A DNA stretch of 49,450 nt, filler included, from Trypethelium eluteriae (lineage: Eukaryota), in the NCBI GenBank assembly GCA_051942245.1. It is 2 parts of 2 records of this genome, joined end to end, with 100 filler letters (N's around TTAATTAATTAA, not from the genome) between each part and the next. Parts side by side here need not be neighbours in the genome. Positions count along the whole stretch, not along the records: positions 24,784 to 49,450 come from JAVECL010000397.1; 1 more part is not named here. One strand, 5' to 3'. The notes below the pieces were generated by a model that worked only from the letters and a program-made list of their open reading frames with translations, searched no databases and was not told where the DNA came from. Positions 24,798-36,147 of the stretch are shown here, in pieces (positions within the stretch are counted from its first letter, which is position 1; every line of letters begins with the position of its first letter). The position numbers and the translations under genes were made by a program.

Positions 24798-26686
24798 CTA
24801 GAAGTCATTCTCTTCACCCCCCGCAATAATCACATTATTCACCTTCAACACCATCCGACACAACTGCGTCGCCAGCAACAGCTGCTGCCTCTTACTAATC
24901 AACGGATCCACGACAAACCCCTCCCTCATATCGCTGCTGCCCCTCCCCATACAATCCACGCCGAGCCGACTGTTCCCCTCGCGCACCTGCCGGCTCTTCA
25001 GCTCCGCCAGCGTCTCGATCGGGCTCATCCCGCTGTTCTCCGCCAGCGCCTGCGGCACGCTGTCCAGCGCATCCGCGAACGCCCGCATCGCGTACTGCTC
25101 GAGTCCCGGGGTGGACGACGCAGCCGCCTCGACCGCGAGCGAGCATGCGATTTCGGCCGCGCCGCCGCCGTAGACGACGCGTGCGTCGCGCACGAGGTTG
25201 CGGGTGACGCAGAGGGCGTCGTGGAGGGAGCGTTTGGCTTCGTCGATGATCTGGTGGGGGGAGACAGGCAGATGTTAGTTGTGTGGCTTGTTGTTGTTGT
25301 CATTGTCATTTGTTTGTCTATGGAGCCTGTGAAAAGGGGGGTGTGATATAGGCTGGGGGGGGCCTTTTTTTTGCTACGTCTTGGGAAGGGGGGAGGAGTG
25401 AAGTTAAAAAGGGAAGGCGTTACCATCTTGTTACTGCCGCGCACGAAGGCCGTGACGGCGCGCGTGTTGGCGCATTCTTCGATGACGAGCATCTTGTCGC
25501 GGGTAGTGCCGAAGCTCATTTCGCGCACGACGCCGGCGGTGCCTAGCTTCGCGGTGCTGAGGTCTTCAAAGCGCGGGACGATGCGGCCGTTGGTGGCGAT
25601 GGCGATGAGTTCGATCTCGGGACCTCCTACCCACCGGACGGCAGGCAGCTTATTCGTGAGGAGTAGGTGGTTGGCTTCGTCGTCGAAGCCCCATTGGCAG
25701 ATGACGACGTTCGCACCCGTGGCTTTGATCTGCTCAATCATCTCTGCGAACTTGCTACTCTCGTACTTCTGTAATCGTTTAAACTCTTCAACGGTGGTGA
25801 TGTCGAGTTTGTGCTTCGTCTTCGGTTTGGGAGGCTCGAATGCGCAGGTAAGAATGGCGAGTTTTGCGTCGCGCACTTCGGAGGGCATTTGTGGATGTGA
25901 AAAGTCCTTGTCAACCACGACTCCCTTTACCAGTAAGGAATCCTCGAGTGAACCGCCTACTTTGCCGTCTACCTTAATGAGTTCAAAGTCGACGTCTTTT
26001 CGCTCGAGGTCGGCAACAGAGAGCACGGCGTCCACAGCTATTTGCGCAAACTGATCGTGGGCTTTCGAGACAATCTTACTGCCCAAGCTCGTCTTTGCAA
26101 CCTTGAGTAGATTTGATGTTTCCTCTCGAGAGAAGGGTATGGTGTCGCTAATCTTATCCAGCTCTGCCACAGCCACCTCGCAAGCCTCGTCGTACCCGTC
26201 TGCTATCCTGATAGGATGGATGCCCTTGTCGATGAGATCTGCTGCTTGCTCTAGAAGTGCTCCAGCGAGCACCACGACCCCCGTAGTCCCATCCCCTATC
26301 TCATCATCTTGCGATTTTGAGAGCTCCACAAGTAGTTTTGCGACATGATTAGAAATTTCCATTTGGGAGAGAATCGTTGCGCCATCATTCGTGACCGTGA
26401 TGTCTCCATCGGGTGATATTAATATTTTGTCCAGTCCTCGTGGACCCAAGGATGTCTTGACGATGTTCGAAACTGTTCTTGCGGCCAATATATGGGATTT
26501 GATAGCTTCGTTTCCATGCTGCCGCTTCTTCTTGCCCTGATCCCGAACGATTATGAATGGCCGTCCCTGCTCGTCTTTCATCACCTGAGCCTGAGACATG
26601 TCCAGTTCTGTAATTATATTAGTATTCTCTACGTGGACTGCTCCAGGCTGGAGCTGCCTAATGCTTGTTGACTTACGCATCGCCAT
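24798..26686 (-). CDS. CCT5: T-complex protein 1 subunit epsilon (CCT/TRiC chaperonin)
   Basis: Exons 26686-26677, 26607-25424 and 25250-24798. Motifs [80 protein letters not shown], and [23 protein letters not shown]. Confidence 0.97.
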
Positions 26687-26857
26687 CTTGCTTAACGCTC
26701 CAATCAGGAGGCTCCAGAAATTTTCGTTGTGCAGCGAAGCTTCCGATCGGTATTGATTCAAACTAGGATACAGTAGGCGCGTTTTGTGTTCTTGCTGAGG
26801 GATAGGGAGAGGTGAGCATTGCAGAGCAAAAATCGGCGGAGGTGCATCTCAGAAAAT

Positions 26858-26950
26858 CGCGAGGTGCACACGCGCGCCGCGGGTCGTGGATTTCAACTCG
26901 CGGGAGTATTCACTTGTCCATGCTCACTTGTTTTCGCACGCGAACTCGCG
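26858..26950. promoter_or_regulatory. Cluster of CGCG (MCB/SCB-like core) motifs in the CCT5/HP1 divergent promoter
   Basis: CGCG at 26858, 26871, 26873, 26878, 26899, 26939 and 26947 (7 in 93 bp). Confidence 0.5.
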
Positions 26951-27050
26951 CAGATTTGCTTACTTCGCTTCACCTTACACAATCGCTCGTCCACATACTT
27001 CAGCTATAATCTCAGTCGTGACACGCAATCTATACTTCTCAGGAAATCAA

Positions 27051-28190
27051 ATGCCGCGTAGGTCACCTTGGCCTCTGCTTTTGCGCCCAGTCGACCTGCA
27101 ACTCAATCTCAAGGTCTATATGCTGATGAATATCTTACTATAGCCCTTCCTGAAGAAGAAGCCTCCGCATCCGACTCCGAAGTCATTCCATTCCGTACAA
27201 AGGCCAAAGAACCTGCCGTGGAGGATGAATCCGAGAACGAAGGCAATGATGAGGAGGAAGGGGAGGAGGAAAAAGCAGAAGACGAGTAAGGTGCAGGATA
27301 ACAATTTATGATCCTTGAGCTTAGTTCATTCCTTAGATACATCGTTGAGAAAGTCATGAGCCATCAATTCGGGGAAGACGTACGTCTACTTGGCCCGGAA
27401 TACCACTTATTGGCTAACGCCTAAAGGGGAATATCTATTTTGAAGTCAAATGGCAGGGGTATGAGAAAAAGGCGGACCGCACATGGGAGCCCGAGGAAAA
27501 CTTGTACGCGACCAAAGGCAAGATTTGTTTTATCACCTAACACGATAGATAGGGATGGCGCACCAGAAGCCTTGCAAGAGTACCTTGATAGCATTGGCGG
27601 TCGACCGCAACCAGGCGACGATAGGAAGCCAAAGAGAGGCAAGCGGAAACAATCAACAGGAACTCCAGCTGCTGAAACGAAATCCGGAAATGGCAGAGGC
27701 CGAAAGAAGATGAAGGTCGAGAATGGCGACGACGGTGGCCTAGATCGCAAGGGCAAAGGCGCACAAAAGTGGGAACCACCAAAAGGCACCTGGGAACACG
27801 AAATCATGAATATCGATTGCATTGAGGAAGAGTACGATGTTGAAAACAAGGAGAACAAGCGGATTGGGTTCGTGATGTGGAATAACGGAAAAAAGAGCAA
27901 GCATTCCCTCAAAATACTCAATGGTAAATGTCCGCAGAAGGTACGTCCAGTCGTACGAACATCATCAAATGAGGTTATCCCATTAACCTTGATCGCAATA
28001 CAGCTTCTACAATATTACGAACAGCATCTGTAAGTATCTGAATACTACGAAACCGCCTTTCCGTATCTTACCAGGACGTAGTGTGTTTCGGAGCAGCTCG
28101 TCGAAGACACCTGCAAATGCGAATCCCCCTGATCCGAGTATAGAAGAAGGCAACGGAGCGGCAGATGTACCAACTCCGGAAGACGACTGA
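27051..28190 (+). CDS. Heterochromatin protein 1 / Swi6 homologue (chromodomain + chromoshadow domain)
   Basis: Seven exons: 27051-27057, 27144-27285, 27337-27379, 27427-27503, 27553-27940, 28004-28029, 28082-28190. An acidic N-terminus is followed by the chromodomain EYIVEKVMSH...FEVKWQGYEKKADRTWEPEENL, a basic hinge, and the chromoshadow domain GTWEHEIMNID...FVMWNNGKKS...KCPQKLLQYYEQHLVF. Confidence 0.93.
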
Positions 28191-30575
28191 GGACGATCCA
28201 GCCAGGGACAAGATCGTCGCAATTACCTGCTTGTATAACATGACATAATACAAGCTTTTCGTTGAGGAGAGCTTAGCATGAAAAGCCTGTACACTAGGGA
28301 TCGTCAACTTCTTCAGTTCTGAAAACGGTGCTTGGGGATTTTCTGCTATTACGGGGTAGCGTGGTGCTGGTTGGGATTCTAGCATCTGTCATTTTAAGCT
28401 TCATAAGGCACTGGTTCAATAGCCTGCAGAAATGCACATCCCTTGACAATGTCAACTTCAAGTAAATTCTCTGAAATCTCTTCGGTTCAAAAGACGTGTT
28501 TGGAGCTTAGCATATAACGTGTTTGCGACATGATAGTGCACGGTAGGCTTTCGCTTCGAAGGAGGCAACGTCATTCACGGCTCCTTAATTGAATCCAGAA
28601 AGGAATTGTATGCAGCTGTTGCTGCGATGCTGCTGATCTGTGCGTGGGAGTAAGAAAGTGTTTGATTTTGACACATGGAGTCATGGACCAATAATAAACA
28701 ATCTCCTTGGCCAAACCCTCTTAACCTATTGAAATTTAGCTTTTCTCAACTTCAGCACTTGCAGAAGTATCAACACGAGTGAGCTTATAGATAATGAAGC
28801 AAATCGCTAGATGAGCCAATGCAAGATGCGATAATTAACGAAATGACAGACGGTGATCTATGTATCAAAACCGGACACTTTTTTCGCCTATGTATCGAGA
28901 GTGAGTAACTAAGGACCAAAATTTAAGGAACTTCGCACCGCAAAGACAGGATGTTTGTCATTAAGCAGTAACGAAGAATTGAACAAGCTCTATATTATTA
29001 GAGCACTCCCAACCAAAAAGCTGGTAGGTAGGAAATAACGGCTGTGATGATAGTATTAATACGCAGTGCTGAAGAGAAAGAGCAACTCAGGACTAAGAAC
29101 TCAGAGCTCTGCATAGAGAATAAGTAGCTTAATATCGATATTGAGGGGCTCTCTGCAGAAAGTGAGCATTCCAGAACCCAAATCGAGAAACTCCGCGCAG
29201 GGAAAGGCAGCTCAGTACTGAGACTTTGGAGCTTCATGTTCAACTCGGCAATGATAGGAAGCTAATTAGTTGTCTACCTCGACTCTACTCTGGCTCGGGA
29301 AAACCTATTCCGGAGCAGGGATTACCTTTGACGTCGACGTCCTGCCTAATAGGTACCCAGTGCTTCTCCGTGGCCGATTCACAGTATAATCTTTCTCAAA
29401 CGATTTGTCTCACAGCTATCGCTGTCGCCCTCCTCAACGACGAGCCTCGCAGTGGATGCCCTCTTCGCGGACGACCCCGCTCTCATCTAGTCTCCATTCG
29501 CAATGGCAATATACAGTGCATCGTGCTGGAGCCTCCGGACTGCCGCATTGCGGATTTCCTCCTCTTTCAGGATGGATAACAGCGCCGGCACGTCTTGTAG
29601 ACACGCCTCGAGCGTCGCTGCGCTACGTCGTCCGTTTCCAATCAGGTCACCGAGCCGGCAAATCTCGCCTCGCCCTTTGTCACCCAGCCGAACGGTGAAC
29701 CAGGGGTAGTAAACACAGCTTGCACGCCTTGGCCTCGGGCTCCACGTTCTTTAGGACTAGCTGCAACGTGCCGCACCGCGCCGCACCGTGCCGTGCCGCG
29801 CAATCCACCGTGGTTCTGGACTTCTGGACCTTTCGCGTCAAGGTTGAGATGAATGTGCGCAACTGACCAGCCCTGCAGACGTTCTGCGCTGGTGAAGAGG
29901 GTGCCTCACTTTAGCTGCAGGGCGATTGATGGTGAAGGACATGCAGCAAGCGTTGGCTCCGTGTCATCTACGCGGGTCAGCTACGCTGTGCCGCATCGTG
30001 ACGACCTGCATTATATGCTATTGTCTGATTAATATGCCGATGCGGGCGTCTTCTTGAAAAGGGAAGTGGTGCGATGGTCTAGGGTGGTAAGGGCGAAGGA
30101 ATGACGGCACATTACAATCTTACATGGCTTAACAGAATCTGCATCATGCATCGCTGCAAAGTTGTGCTCCTTCGTGCCCATGCTACCGCTAGGGTTGATG
30201 ACATTGGGGCTGTCGAAATCCTGCCTGGGGGCCTAACTTGACTCCCTGGGACACAAAAGCCACAGCCAGACGCTTGCAGAGCAAAGTAGTGGCATACCCT
30301 TAACTGAGCCGAGCCATTGAAGGACTACAAGAGGGATTCGTCACAGATCGCTCTCACTTTAGCCATACTCCACGTGGAAATCGCATCGATCATTGAGGAG
30401 CTGCTAAGGGGGACGCCCAGCACCCGATTGCTTTTGGTAGGATCCCATTTCTGGATTTGGTTCACCAACGAAAGAAATTAGCAAAAGGCTAAGACCAAGA
30501 ATTTGTTCAACTTAACCACCAAATCGCTCGAAGCAAGTGAGTCGACTTTCACAAACTCTTGCTTCACTGGCTGTC

Positions 30576-31396
30576 ATGGCCGGCTCTAAACCCACCTTTG
30601 TGGTCTTTCCAGGCTCTTTTCATCTGGACGACTGCCTACAGCCCATGATATCCGAACTCAAGGCCCAAGGTTATGAAGCCAAGAGCGCGACGCTATCGAC
30701 AACGGACAGTAAGGATGGCACTATCGAGGACGATGTGAATTTGATGAGGAGCATTTTGATGCCCCTCATCGACCAAGGCCGCGAGGTAGTTCTGGTGCTC
30801 CACTCATATGCTGGCTTTCCTGGAAGTGTCGCCATCAGAGGTCTCAGCAAAAGCGAGGCACAAGCCAAAGGTTCGGGTGGCGGATTGATAGGGATTGTAT
30901 ATATGTGCGCCTTCATTCCTCACGAGGGAGTCTCCCTGCTCGATGCGCTCGAGGGAAAGTGGTTGGAGTGGCTTAAGCCTGATGTGAGTGTAGTGTGACA
31001 CAAATCTCTAATAATTTGTGCTGACGATTTGAACGATGGGAAAAGAACGGAATGCTGTGGGCGAACACTCCAGAAAAGGTCTTTTACCAGGACTGTCCCT
31101 CGAATATCACCACTGAAGCCACTGCTAAGCTGAAAGGCCATTCGCTCGTCTGCCTGACAGAGAAAGAGCCACCCGTTTACTACAACAAGAAGCAATTTGA
31201 TGGACGTCGGGCTTATATTCGATGCACAGAGGATGCTGCTTTGCTACCCGCTCGCCAAGATGCTTTGATGGAAGAAAGCGGCGTGAAATGGATTGTGAAA
31301 GAGGTTGCAGCGGGACACAGCCCGTTCTTTAGCAAGCCAAAGGTATTGGTTCAGGCGTTGCATGAACTGGTGGATGAATTTGAAAGAGCATCTTAG
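30576..31396 (+). CDS. Alpha/beta hydrolase (Abhydrolase_6, methylesterase-like)
   Basis: KPTFVVFPGSFH oxyanion region, nucleophile elbow VLVLHSYAG, YIRCTEDAAL (Asp) and GHSPF (His). Intron 30984..31045. Confidence 0.9.
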
Positions 31397-32414
31397 ACTC
31401 AACACCACAACTCATGTGGTGCCGCGAAAGGTTCCAATGCATTGGATATAAAGGACGATGGGTAACACGGTATCCTGTCGTTGTCCTTTAGACACCTCTG
31501 CCGATATCTCCTACATTTCGATCACGAAATTACTCGTAGAAGCTTAAGAAGAGGATACGTCTACCTGGTGTTGCGTAGGAATCTCTCAAGGGTATTATGG
31601 GGTTAGGCAGAAGACTCCCAGATATTTGGGAGGAAATGAGTTTCCGCTTCAGGCCGATCCGGAAATGGTTGCTGGATGCGTCGATGCACGTCCCTACGCA
31701 GCGATGGGAGGATGCGTGACGCGCTTGGGACATTGAAGAGGTCTACAATGCCACTGCGTCGAGTATGGAAAGCGAGCTTTAGTCTCATTGTCACTACCGG
31801 CTTCCGACCACATTCGATTCTTTTGCAGTGGTCACAGTACTCTATTCGCACACATCGCTACGCAAGGATTGTATCAGGCCAGTGGGTCCGCCAATACTTG
31901 CGGTCTGCGTCGCGCAACACATGCTGCATCCTAATCATAGAGTACCTTGGCAGAGATTTGGGGATTTTCCCATGGCCATGCTACGGGGGCCACGCAACCA
32001 TAGATGTCGCAGGCCTAATAGAAAGGACCCTACATGCCCTTCTCGCAGCTGTGCCCTGCAATGACAGAAACGACAAAAATGGGTCTGGATTCAAGATTGA
32101 AGGCTTTCTAGGCATCGTCTTTGCGAAGGGGGTTTGTGGCTCGGATAAGTTTTGCCGCAAGACCTAGAGTAAATTGGAGCAGGATGCGCACAAGCGTATG
32201 CGAAACATTGTTCAGAATATCACTTGGGCACTCCAAAAATCAGGTCAAGCAGGCAAAGAGCGATATAGTCACTATCTGGAACCCACTCGTGTTCAAGAGC
32301 AGCATCATACGTGAAATCAACGTATCGTACTACCAAAAATATGGGGAAACATCCGTGGACGTCAATCGCTGACGTACATCAACATTCTCCCCTACAAATC
32401 GTTTCTGCACTAAA

Positions 32415-33199
32415 CTACGCTTCAAACTCAATCTCCCTCTTCGTGGATCCGGCCGCTAGATTAATAGCCGTTACAAGCGCTGGAAACCATTTTGCTGCCA
32501 TCTTCTGGTCTCCACTTGCATTCGGATGTACACCGTCTCTCAAATCGGTCGCCGCATTGAACCCGGTATATTGGTCAACGACGTAAATTGGACTCGCCGT
32601 GGAATTGAGTCCCTGCGCCCAAGCCGGGATGGCGGCATTGAGTGCAACATTCTGGCTATTTGACGAGGCAATCGAGATGGGGATGATCTGGGCGACCTAC
32701 TCATCACAAGTCAGAAACGCTTAAGAGAACGACGGAGAACAGGAGACAGATGACTGACAATGATCTTCATATTCGCATTGCTCGCCCTCATCTGTCCAAC
32801 TAACTTCGTAAACGCCGCCAGAATATTCGACGTACTCTGCCCCCCCAGCGCGATATCGTTCGTCCCCAAATGCATCGTGATCACATCAGCAGGATTCTGC
32901 TGCAGCCACCCAACCAGCTGGTTCTGGTTGGCGATGTTCACGGCCTGGAAGCCGGAGTGGCCTTCATTATGCTCGTTGTAGTTGGTGACAGGGCATCCGG
33001 CTGGATTTTGGTCGTTTTCGGAGCCGACAAAGAGGACGTTGTTCAGCCCGGAGCTGTTGAATTGTTGTTGGAGAAGGCCGCGCCAGCAGGTTATTTCGGT
33101 GATGGAGTCTCCGAAGGGCATGTACCGGACTTGGCGGCTTTGCGCGGAGGCGAGACTGAGAAGAGCCAAGAGAGCGGCGGTGTGCTTAAACGAGAACAT
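32415..33199 (-). CDS. Secreted SGNH/GDSL esterase, carbohydrate esterase family 3-like
   Basis: Signal peptide MFSFKHTAALLALLSLASA; blocks YMPFGDSIT, NEGHSG, HLGTND and DGVHPN. Intron 32758..32697; ends EIEFEA-stop. Confidence 0.9.
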
Positions 33200-33754
33200 A
33201 TTGTGGATTGTTTGCTTTTCTTTTGAGAGGATACCAGAGAAGACAAGAAAAGAGTGCTAGAGGGAAAACATCTCCTTACATTTGCTGGGGATAGGGTAAA
33301 TGTGGGCTCTATATGTATTGCTCAGCTTGATTCCGACAGGTACTATATTTATCCCCCTCTTGTGCGCTTTTGACAGCATGTTATCTGGTCTGCATATTGG
33401 TCGTGGTTCGCATTAGCGGAAAAGGCTCTTTTGCAGCTCTTCTCCGCTTTGCGTGCATCTAGAATGCATCACGAGAGCACAGTCGCATATAGTGATACCC
33501 CTTTAGTATTTATCCACTCTGCTGCCCAAATGCCGCTGGTGAATAGGCGAGAGCTCTCATCATTTATTTTTTAATAGTACTGGGTTTTTAAGCAAGAGAA
33601 ATGGATTGTGATCTATTTTGTAAGACCACAATGCTGGCTCGACTTCTTTCAGGAAAGACGCAGAGGAAGATTTTCAGACTGTAGATCCACCTTATTAGAG
33701 ACGCAGAACGTCCAAACACTCATAAGATGCAGCATTGAGCGATTGGTATTGACA

Positions 33755-34486
33755 TTAAAGGGTGAGCGGAGTTAGAACACTTAAATACAAGATAATCATC
33801 TTCGCTCCGACATCGCCATTGGCTAACATTTGTGTAGACATTGTAGAAATTCTCTGTGGGTAAGCTTCACATCCGGTGCCTTGCCCTCGCTCTGCCGAAA
33901 TTAATTCTCTAGCCTGTTGACCAGACTGATAAAAAGGGACACAGGGTCTCACGGAGCACCGGAAATGCAGGTACAGTCTTTGGCCCAAAAAATCATTAGC
34001 TTGGAGCCTACAAAAGGCACCTGAACGTAGCTTCTCCTAATTAGTGATAGTCTACTCCTCATGCTCAATCAATCTTCGTGAGTGCCAAGCGTTATTTAGC
34101 CTCCTGACTTCTTGACACCGAAACCCACCATCTTTGATGAATGCCTCATCGACAGCGAGTAGCATTATGCAGACACATCAAGCCACCCGGTAAGCGCGAA
34201 ACCTGGTGGCAATTTCAGGTCCTTGCTGCGGTCTTCCAGAGAGTTTCATGGCACTCTTCCATCTATTGATGCAAGCTTTGCCGAACAACCAAGAGATCTG
34301 CCATTTACCCTGCTGTGCGCTACTTCGATGGAATGAAACAGCCTTCAGACGCATCGTGGAATAGAGCGAGATGCAGTTGTGTGCACCTTCGCCACGCTTC
34401 GACTCTCCACTTACGTATGCATTGGAAAGGGAAAACTCGTTTTTAGTGAGAAGTAGTGGTCTCACTAACTTCTGTGACACGCGCAT
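33755..34486 (-). pseudogene. Possible decayed gene of unknown identity
   Basis: ORFs 34178-34486 and 33755-33988 share one frame, and the 244-codon span holds only three internal stops (TGA, TAG, TAG). No homology recognised. Confidence 0.3.
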
Positions 34487-34547
34487 TGCAAGTCAGGTAC
34501 GATATAGCCACGCAGGCGAGCCTTGTACGGTACCATACAGCGGCAGG

Positions 34548-34696
34548 GGGGTTCCCTAACGGGCAATACCCAGGTTGTCACCTGGATCTCGCTGTTAGAA
34601 GCATGTTGAGCCATGTTAACGCCATGTTAACATGATCCAACAGGCTCTTTACAGGAACTTTGCAGCAAAATTCTATGTTACCGCTTGGGGAACCCC
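34548..34696. repeat. ~150-bp imperfect fold-back (inverted repeat), MITE-like or RNA hairpin
   Basis: Three arm pairs are centred on 34622-34623: GGGGTTCCC/GGGAACCCC at the ends, CTGTTAGAAGCATGTTG/CAACAGGCTCTTTACAG (13 of 17 complementary), and CATGTTAAC-GCCAT-GTTAACATG. Confidence 0.7.
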
Positions 34697-35355
34697 ATCG
34701 CATTGAAGAGTACTGTTGCACAACGCTGCATTGAGGAATCCTCTTAGGCAACTTTTACGGCGGGCACTGCTATCCATGACGGTCTTATATTGATACTCTC
34801 CGAATGCTGACTTGCTGAGCGAACACTGTCCATCTATCATTATTACGTCGAGGAACGATCAGGTTTGGAGCGGCAAGCCGAAGTCTGTTAAAGTTGACCT
34901 GTTCTTTAAGGATGAAGGGCACATATCGGTTAAGCTCAAGATTTAAGATTTAGAATATGAAGGGATCCTTGGATTAAAGCCACGAGTGCAAATAAGGTCC
35001 CAGAAGGGGCATTCTTTACCGTAAAGGATAGTGGTCCGATTGCCGTCGAATTCTTTAAAGAAGTAAATAGTAGTACTATTTACTATTACTTTTACTATTA
35101 GTAATTAGTAATTTACTATTTCTTACAACACTGACCTACTAGGATGCGCAGTGAAGGTAAATTAGGTTACCTTCTCTTAATGTACTTGCCTAGGTTGGTA
35201 GTTTGTGGAGGTTCCGTCGTCACCGTCAAACATCCGCCGTCATCGCGCGTTCATAGATTGACGCCACTCTTCTACAATTGTTCCAGACATCGAATTCGCA
35301 CCACCTCCAAAATCTCCTGCTTAATTCCGCCATACCTTTATTTACAGTAACAAAG

Positions 35356-35897
35356 ATGTTTTCGCAAACAACTAGAAGAGCTCTCATCTATCCTCGTCTC
35401 CGTCCTTCCTCTCTTCTCTACTCCCGCCGACCTCTCCACAGTTCAATCCCATCTCTCTTACCTCGTAAAGATGCTCAAGGCAAAGACGATCTCACACCCG
35501 AATCAAATGAGTACTCCAAGTCCGGCTCGGACGCTCAGTCAGCGCAAGTCGAAAAAGCCGCCTTCGACCCCAGTAAGACGAGTCCAGAGGAGCAGCATGA
35601 TACAGCAGGTCAAGAGGCTGGCTCGGTGAGCACGACACAGTCCAGCGTGAGCGCCCTGAAATGGTTCAAAGCTCGCGCTTCCTACTCTGTGCAGAAGTTA
35701 CTAATCTACAGTGGGGACAGGGACAAAGTAACCCGCTGAACGTGAGCCCGGCGAATCAGGAAGTCAGCCAACCGAGGGGAAATACGGAAGGGGGTCCGGA
35801 GGGAAGCTCGGGGGAGACAGGGCAGGGGAGTCAGGAGAGAGGACGAACAAGTGGCAGAGGCAGCCCGACGAAAAAGGGTGGAAATCTGAGTGGTTGA
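35356..35897 (+). CDS. Small hydrophilic fungal hypothetical protein with a mitochondrial-presequence-like N-terminus
   Basis: Arg/Ser/Leu-rich N-terminus MFSQTTRRALIYPRLRPSSLLYSRRPLHSS, then KDAQGKDDLTPESNEYSKSGSD...AAFDPSKTSPE. Intron 35626..35711 joins to NPLNVSPANQEVS. Confidence 0.8.
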
Positions 35898-36147
35898 GAA
35901 GTCACTGGAAAGGTAAGAGGTTCCACAATAATCCATCTTGGCGGACGAAAGATCCAAAGACGGATTTTACAACTTGCTCTTCATTGAGAGTTCCGGTGGC
36001 ATAACTTTGATCGCATATCCTATGAACATCCAGCATTCCCACAGGCCTGCAAAGCCGCTTCAGATCCGGATAAAAGAGACGCTCTAAGATGTCGTCGCTG
36101 ATGCTTAGATATCAATCGAGAATTAAATGATATAGATAATGCATCCG

